DNA of 64,000 nucleotides, from contig OZ024747.1 of assembly GCA_964016885.1 (NCBI GenBank), positions 55,118,001 to 55,182,000 on the forward strand, read 5' to 3'. Numbering within the stretch: position 1 is the first letter of the stretch; every line of letters starts with the position of its first letter. Of this stretch, positions 55,016 through 64,000 are shown one piece after another. The translations under genes and the position numbers were made by a program. This DNA comes from Eledone cirrhosa. Lineage: Eukaryota. The notes under the pieces are model-generated. The model was not told the DNA's origin and did no database searches. It was given only the letters and a program-made list of their open reading frames with translations.

Positions 55016-55092
<77 letters not shown>

Positions 55093-55126
55093 CATATATA
55101 TAATATAAATACATATATATATATAC

Positions 55127-55173
<47 letters not shown>

Positions 55174-55182
55174 TATAAATAC

Positions 55183-55264
<82 letters not shown>

Positions 55265-55267
55265 TAC

Positions 55268-55351
<84 letters not shown>

Positions 55352-55365
55352 TATATATATAATAT

Positions 55366-55430
<65 letters not shown>

Positions 55431-55794
55431 TATATATGTGGACGCGTTTACGTGTAGAAGGACTGATAGAGACTCTGAGAAGAGAGACAGAGAGAAACGT
55501 TGGCGAAACATTCGTTTATATGTTTGGTATTGGAGGGGAATATTTTCTAAGGATAATATCACGGTTTTAACCGTTGGTTGATAATTCTTAAATGCAACTT
55601 TCAAAATGAAATACTAATAAAGGAGAGTTAGTCAGAAAAACTATAACTGTAACGGCTCTAAAAAGCTCTGTATTTTCAGTAATATAATTTATAACTCTTT
55701 TGGGTATGTTATAATATATACTTACTGATTGCAGTGTAAAAGGAATAAAATATTTGGTTTATTATTTATGATTTTTATTTTGTTGTTTTTTTAG

Positions 55795-55827
<33 letters not shown>

Positions 55828-56413
55828 TTGAATACATGTATGTATGTGTATATATGTATATATATATATGTATATATATAAATACACACATACACACACA
55901 CACATACATACATACATACATACATAATACATACATACATACCTACACACTTACATATATAAATATATGTGTATGTGTGTATATATATATATATATTAAT
56001 TTTCTTTTATATTTAGAATTCCCATATCATTATATTTTCCGAAGCCAAAATGGATTACATTCACAATTAATATTGTTATATAGTTGGCATCAATAGAGAA
56101 CGATTATGTTTTGAGACAATCTGAAATATCGTTAATAGTGTTGTAACTTTTTGCAGATTTCTCAAGGGACTTCAACATATTTCAGAGGGTTTAGCAAAAA
56201 TTTCCTAATCATTCTTATGTCCAACGCACATAGATTTTTGACGATATAATAACCGTTTCAACATAACCGGTTTATCCACGATTGAAAAACTTTCTGTGAG
56301 TTGTGATTTTTAGTGTATAACTTGGAGAATTTCACATAACCAGTCTATTAAGTTTACGATAAATTGGATTATATGATTGAATATCTATATATATATCTAT
56401 ATCTATATCTAAA

Positions 56414-56487
<74 letters not shown>

Positions 56488-56519
56488 CGTGTGTGTGTGT
56501 ATATATATATATATATATT

Positions 56520-56552
<33 letters not shown>

Positions 56553-56655
56553 CTATCTATCTATATATATATGTATATATATATATATATCTATCTATAT
56601 ATATGTGTGTGTGTGTGTGTATAGAAAGAAAGAGAGTGAGAATTAGATACATAGA

Positions 56656-56698
<43 letters not shown>

Positions 56699-56701
56699 AT
56701 A

Positions 56702-57010
56702 GGGGCGGTTAATTGGCAGTATCGGTAGAGGGTCGGACGCCAAGACTTGATGCATAGAGTTACGATCCTTGCCATTCTGAGTTCAAATCCCGCCGAAGTT
56801 AACTTTGCCTTTCATCCTTACGGGGGTTGATAAATTAAAGGAGCACACGCGCACTGGGTTCGATTTAATCGACTTTCCCCTAGACTAAAATTGTTGTCTT
56901 TGTGCCTAAATCAGAAACCATGATAAATCCCGCCGAGGTTGACTTTGCCTTTATAGTACCAGTAATGCACTGGGTAATTGCTGGCCTTGTGCCTAAAGTA
57001 GAAACAATTA
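56702..57010 (+). mobile_element. SINE family A (long-tail variant, 56702-56920) followed by a truncated, internally deleted copy (56926-57010)
   Basis: Consensus match; the long 3' variant (GGGT.CGATTTAATC.ACTTTCCCC) is also seen at 12350-12495. Confidence 0.85.
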
Positions 57011-57715
57011 TTTATTTTAAGGATGCTGGACAAACATGGCTGCAGAGACCCAAGTGGATTTAACTTCACAGTTTACAAGGTAAACCATTTGATCCGGCGA
57101 TCTACAGATTGTATATTATCAGAGCAAATATCTACAGATCTGATCGAAGAATAATCTACATATCTGACAGAAGATATTCCAGTTAGGGCCATCACATCTA
57201 AGACTACATTACCTGTACCCTTGCTGATTTACGAAGAAAGACAGAGATGTGAGTAAGATAGAGAGAGTATGGTTGCGATAAATACGCGATTGTTTGGCCT
57301 GGGCTCTCCACAGTTACAAGAATGCTTGAGATTATACCCCATGTTCACCTGATTTAAATGATGCTGTTTTGTAGCATTTCTTCCAAAGAACTTTTTAAAA
57401 CAGGTGCGCGAATACTTGATTTCGATTCATTCCAGCTATGAAGACTCTTGGGCAAAACGTTTACAATTCCATAGACTAAATTCGAATAATGTGTGTTGAG
57501 CACACTTTCAAAATCTGCGGAGGTACATTGAATGAACCGTCAGTTATTCATAAGTCGTGGTCTTAAATCGTCGCCCTGTTAAACACTGCTAGATATTTGA
57601 ATGGAATTGACCGTGGTGTAAGTATTTAGGGTGGGATTCTGATGATTGGGAAAAAAACCTGTCCTCTTTCTAACACCTCAGAATAATATATATATATATG
57701 TACACACACACACAA

Positions 57716-57770
<55 letters not shown>

Positions 57771-58282
57771 ATATATATATGGAAACATTATCTACTTAGT
57801 TTAGTTTTGTGGACGTGTGACCAGTCTAGCAATTATAGTAGAGTTGGCAACTTCGCTCTTATCTCTTTAAATTATAAATTATATATGTGACACCGATGAC
57901 TCTAACAGTTCTGGGGGTGGCGTTGGTAGTAGTAAGTGTGTGGGTGGTGGCGTTGGAGGAGATTGCGGTGGTAGTGTTGGTGCAGGTGGTGGTGTTGGTG
58001 GAGATGGCTGTGGTAGTGGTAGTTTTGGTGGGAGAGGCAATAGATCTGCATCACAAGATGCTTAACTTTCATATTTTTTTGTAATATACAATTAGTGATC
58101 ATACATTTCCTCACTAGAAGAATAATACATATGCCAGTGTACAATAATGATATACATATATATATATATACACACACAGACATATACTACCTCGTGGACT
58201 TGTATCTGTGCGTACGTGTTTATATAAAGATAGATAGAAAGATAAATAGATAGAGAGAAGAGAGAGAGAGAGAGAGTGAGAC

Positions 58283-58321
<39 letters not shown>

Positions 58322-58397
58322 TATATGGATGTATATATTTATATATACTTATGTATATATCCGATGAATGTGTAGGTGGATGTGGGTTTATAATATG

Positions 58398-58500
<103 letters not shown>

Positions 58501-58980
58501 ATAATGAAATTACAAGTATAGTACTGATAGTATAGATGGGTTTCTAAGGAATTCGGTTTACAGATACGTGGACTTTGGTTCAGTCCCACAGCATATTACC
58601 TTTGAAAAACTGTCTTCTAATAGAGTGTCGGGTTACCCAATAAAGAGACAATGACATTTCGGGGTTAGAAACCGCTCGAATATGTACTATAACTTGGTGT
58701 TCATCACCAACAAATCGATTTATTAATTACCAAAATAACTGGTTAAAATCCATTCAAAAATGACCATAGGCATCACTGCAGCCTAAAATCTATCTTTAAT
58801 GTAATATTAAAATAATCAGAATGCATACATCAAATAGATGATCGGATTCATATACGAACTTGATGATCCTTAAACAACAGTGAAGCAAACAACTGCACAT
58901 CCAACATGTTAACATTGGTACTAGATAAAGGATCGTTTGGTAACAGCTTACGATTGATTAACATTACTTACTAACACGAA

Positions 58981-59165
58981 GGGGGGTGGATTGGCAGTAT
59001 CGGTAGAGGGTCGGACGCCATGCTTTCCAGCATAGTTACGTCCCTTTACGATCTAAGTTCAAATCCGGCCGAGGTTGACTTTGCCTTTCATCCTTACGGG
59101 GTCGATAAAATAAAGTACCAGTAATGCACTGGGTAATTGCTGGCCTTGTGCCTAAAGTAGAAACA
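58981..59165 (+). mobile_element. SINE family A, full length, with 18-bp TSD
   Basis: ATTACTTACTAACACGAA at 58963-58980 and 59166-59183. Confidence 0.93.
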
Positions 59166-59222
59166 ATTACTTACTAACACGAACAAATACATATAGACCT
59201 CCCATACATGTGTGTGTATATA

Positions 59223-59253
<31 letters not shown>

Positions 59254-59547
59254 TTATTCAGTAATTAGGAGTATTCCAAAGCTTGGTAGAACAAGTTGTG
59301 AGGAAAGTTTTCAACATACGTTAGGGTGACTCAACAGGTTGGTAGAGATTCAGTAGTGGAAACACGAACAAACGAGGAGTGTAATCAAAGAAGAGAGAAA
59401 TAGGACGAAGGTAAACAGTTACAAAAGAATTTAATCCACGTATTAACAATTGTTGCATCAGAATTTCAGTCCATTATTGCTACACTATGTAATAATAGGC
59501 AATCAAGAAAGATACTGTAGCATCCGAATTTTCAAAATACAAAGTTG

Positions 59548-59588
<41 letters not shown>

Positions 59589-59645
59589 CATGTATGGGAG
59601 GTCTATATGTATTTGTTTATATATATGCAAGCCTGTGTAAGCATC

Positions 59646-59710
<65 letters not shown>

Positions 59711-59822
59711 AATACATAATTGAATGCATTTACATTCTAAAGTAGAAAGTAGCACTATGGTGTTCAGTACATCGTTTGCGGCTCGTAACAAGCAACAGAT
59801 GTATCTATGTATGCATACATGC

Positions 59823-59934
<112 letters not shown>

Positions 59935-60043
59935 TTATATATATATATATACACATATATATATATATACACACATATATATATACATAAACATATATAT
60001 ATATATACACATATATATATATATACACACACATATATATATA

Positions 60044-60183
<140 letters not shown>

Positions 60184-60203
60184 CATATATATGCATATAT
60201 ATG

Positions 60204-60234
<31 letters not shown>

Positions 60235-60540
60235 GTATATATATATGCAACTTCGTCAGAAGGACATGTCTCTTACATTTCTGATTGATTATAATACCTA
60301 TGATACTTTGCAATGTCCATCTATAAAATCAGAGAGAGCGGGGAGGGGGAGAAAGGAGAGAGGTAGATTAAACACACCCCACCATCTACATACATTTATT
60401 CATGTTGTTGTCTATGAGGAAAATGATGATCCTGTTGAAAAATACTTTTCTTTTTGGTATTATGTTTTTTTATGTTTATTATTATTTTAAGTTTTATCTT
60501 TGGTGGTGATTTTTTTGTCATTTTAATTGTTCACACACAA

Positions 60541-60589
<49 letters not shown>

Positions 60590-60775
60590 TATGTGTGTGT
60601 GTGTTAGCTATATATATATATATATGTATAAAGAGAGAGACCGAGAAAATATCTGTGTGTATGTATTTATGTATATATCTAGTATGAATGATGTATCTCT
60701 GTATCTATCTATGTATGTATATATATGCATATACGTATGTATTTATATATGAATGTGGTTATGTATCCAAACATC

Positions 60776-60903
<128 letters not shown>

Positions 60904-60904
60904 A

Positions 60905-60993
<89 letters not shown>

Positions 60994-61318
60994 TATATAT
61001 ATAAGTATGTACGTATTTATGTATATATATAATTATTTCTATTTTATTTTGTGCGTTATTATAGTTTATATGAATCACACTCTACAATGAAAGACCCTGT
61101 CAGAAGCCACGGCCATTAGATAAAACTCCGGCTCGCTTAGACGTTAACAAGAAGCACTTGTCAAATAACGTTTAATCTTTTTTGACCATTACGACTGGAC
61201 ATCTCCTGCAAAATGAGAACATCTATTTTGTTAGATTTCAGTTTTTCTTTTTCATCTTTAGTGGCTTCTTTTTCATTATTATTGCTGCGATTTGGTTTTT
61301 ATGGCATTTTTTGTTTAG

Positions 61319-61446
<128 letters not shown>

Positions 61447-61459
61447 CCCGTGTATATAA

Positions 61460-61493
<34 letters not shown>

Positions 61494-61532
61494 ATGTTAT
61501 ACATATATATATATATATATACATATATATAA

Positions 61533-61609
<77 letters not shown>

Positions 61610-62031
61610 TACATATACATGTACACATGCGCATGCACACTCACACCCATATATACTTGTATATATATGTACACATATATATATATATCTTTATGTGTAT
61701 GTACATACACTGTATCTATAATTGTTGATTTTTTTCCTGGTCGATTTGCTTAATTTATATTTATATTATTTGTGTTGGATAGTTTGGTTTCTGTTATTTT
61801 TTTACCTATGAGATCCATTTCGCCTTCATGTTTATTTACTTTTTTTCCGTATCACTATTTTTTAAATAAGGGCCATAAATTAGAGGTGTTTTTTTTTTTC
61901 CACTTACTAATAAGATATGGAATATTAGATCTTTCCCTATTTTCAATCCCACGCCATTATCAGCCCAACCCAATACTTGCCCTTATTTCTCATCATATTA
62001 TATGTATGTGTGTATATAAATATAAATATAA

Positions 62032-62090
<59 letters not shown>

Positions 62091-62159
62091 TATGTATACA
62101 TCAAATGTATGTGTGTGTGTGCGTTTGTGTGTATGCTCGTATAAACACGTATATGTGTA

Positions 62160-62219
<60 letters not shown>

Positions 62220-62559
62220 CATACTCATTTATATATATACATGTATGTATATATGATATAGAAAACACTAAATAAATTGATGGTCATCTCTATGCGGAAT
62301 TATGTCATCAGTGAGAATTGAAAGCTCAGCCGCTTTCCTCTGATCTATTCTGAATGTTGTCAAATTACCGACCAGCCTTTGAGGTCGGCCTATGCTATAA
62401 TTTAAATTGATTCTATCAATTTGTTGCAGAGAAAGTTTGGAGTGCGGCTTAATGTGCTTATATATTTGACTAAAACATTTCACGAGACTCAACCATTTCT
62501 GTGAGAAATTAATACTTTTGACGTTGTCCTGCTTGGCTATGTAGAACTCCTCCCATAAG

Positions 62560-63382
62560 GTGAAAATTGGCCGTGGATTTAGAGCGTCAGTTGAAGCGCC
62601 TTGCCGTATGTATCTCGTCTCAGAGTGTTTTGTGTTCAAATTCCTCGCCGGTTAAATGTGCTTTTTTATCTTTCCTCGGTCACTAAATAAAGTACCAATC
62701 CAGTATTTTGCATCAACTGATTCATTACATCCGATTGCTATGCTATGCTGAATATGTTCTCTGTCTCTTGGTTCTGTGTTCATATCTCACGTTGTGTCAG
62801 CGGGAAAATAATGACTTCATTTGAAATGGTCTTCTATTTTTATAACTACCACAACTCGTAAGAGAGGCAATATCATAAGAAGTCGGCGAATCCTACATAG
62901 ATGTGAGCCGTAATAACAATAGCAACATGATATTGGTATGTTTGTGACAAGTAAAATGTGTTCACTATCACAGACCTAAATAATATATAGAAATAAAGGA
63001 CAAATAAATAAATAAAACCGAGGATGCTCATAGTTAATTCTCCTACCCTAACGGAATGATGACTTTTAATCTAAGCATTAGGCCTGCATCGATTATATCT
63101 ACCCAGTATTTTACAGTTACGTTAATCAATTTGACCCTGGAATAATGAATGGCAAAGTTGACCTCGGCAGGACTTGCACTCAGCACACAAAGAGCTGGAA
63201 CAAATGCCTCATATTATATTGTCCGATATGATAACGATTCTGCCAAAGTTCTGTCCTTAAATCTTTGAATGATGAAAGTGAACGTTGACCTCGTCATGAC
63301 ACCAGAATGTAAAGGATAGGAATAAATACCATAAAAGGTTTTATTCGATACTCTAACGATTGTCCCAATCCACCACCCTCAC
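62560..63382. mobile_element. Old diverged SINE family A copies (~62560-62720 +; ~63065-63250 and 63265-63382 -)
   Basis: Residual GAATGGCAAAGTTGACCTCGGC, GTTCAAATTCC and AATAAAGTACCA motifs. Confidence 0.6.
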
Positions 63383-63419
63383 ACCAATCAAAGTAACAAC
63401 AAATTAAGCGATAATGTTT

Positions 63420-64000
63420 TAAAATATTGTATTTTCAAATACTATAGATTCAGACGGAACAACTGCTTCGAATAAATAGTGAAGCTCCCAGCTCAACATG
63501 TTGGTATGTAGGTCTTCACCCAATAGACATACTTCATATAATTTACATATTTTGAAATTCGACGTAGTCCACCAAGTCATAGATCTACATAATCATGTGC
63601 ACTAACGTAGCTGTGTTCCAATCTTTAATAATTGGAATACTGACACTGGTGTTGGTTATTACAGCAAAAAACATATTAGAAACGGTAGGGTAGTCTTTCA
63701 TGTACATATCCATTGTTAATCAATTCATCCAATCACATAAATAATTATATAAACTCCAAGGAGGAATTTATAGGGACAATGCCATTCTACTAGCTAAAAA
63801 CATAAATAAACAGAACCCAGAAAGTTTACGGAAGACCATTAGGGTCTTCTTTATTGGACTGGGCCTCAAAATTACATTCTAACCTAACTTTTAAAAAGCT
63901 AATTTCTTATATGTACCACTTAACTTAAACACGGGATCAATAGAACATTTTCATAAAAATAATGAAAACCTAGCGTACATTAACAATCAATCTAACTATC
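63420..64000 (+). mobile_element. Highly degenerate PLE (Naiad-like) RT fragment
   Basis: 63760-63930 translates to GGIYRDNAILLAKNINKQNPESLRKTIRVFFIGLGLKITF*PNF*KANFLYVPLNL, resembling GLYRDDGL...ERLRK.I...F...GLKIT...VNFLDVTLNL; KFDVV lies upstream. Confidence 0.65.

Noticed and set aside
55465-55520. CTGA..GAAGAG...GGCGAAAC hammerhead-like trace in a TA-flanked segment
   Set aside because: The core spacing is wrong and the helices do not pair; at best a decayed remnant.
60245-60266. CTGACGAAG on the minus strand next to a TA tract
   Set aside because: No stem II partner or GAAA follows; it cannot be supported as a ribozyme.

Overview
AT-rich, repeat-saturated eukaryotic DNA, most likely an octopus or other coleoid cephalopod intergenic or intronic region (inferred from the SINE types, 5S sequence and extreme microsatellite density). 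No host protein-coding gene can be supported. Almost all ORF-track entries are translations of (TA)n, (CA)n, (GA)n, (CATA)n or trinucleotide tracts. The real content is retroelements: three Tx1/L1-clade LINEs, several Penelope-like elements (PLEs), R4/Dong-like and HERO-like restriction-like-endonuclease (RLE) LINEs, a non-autonomous RTE derivative, many tRNA-derived SINEs and a 5S rRNA-SINE chimera. The most interesting signals are structured RNAs. (1) Two diverged copies (11.1 kb and 40.0 kb, minus strand) of a ~105-nt motif contain every hammerhead ribozyme core element, but the three strands run in reversed, non-circularly-permuted order, with a canonical kink-turn in stem III and compensatory base changes between copies. 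(2) Three fold-back elements carry a minimal hammerhead on each strand. (3) The retroelement families appear to occupy different microsatellite types. All structures were derived by eye and are untested.
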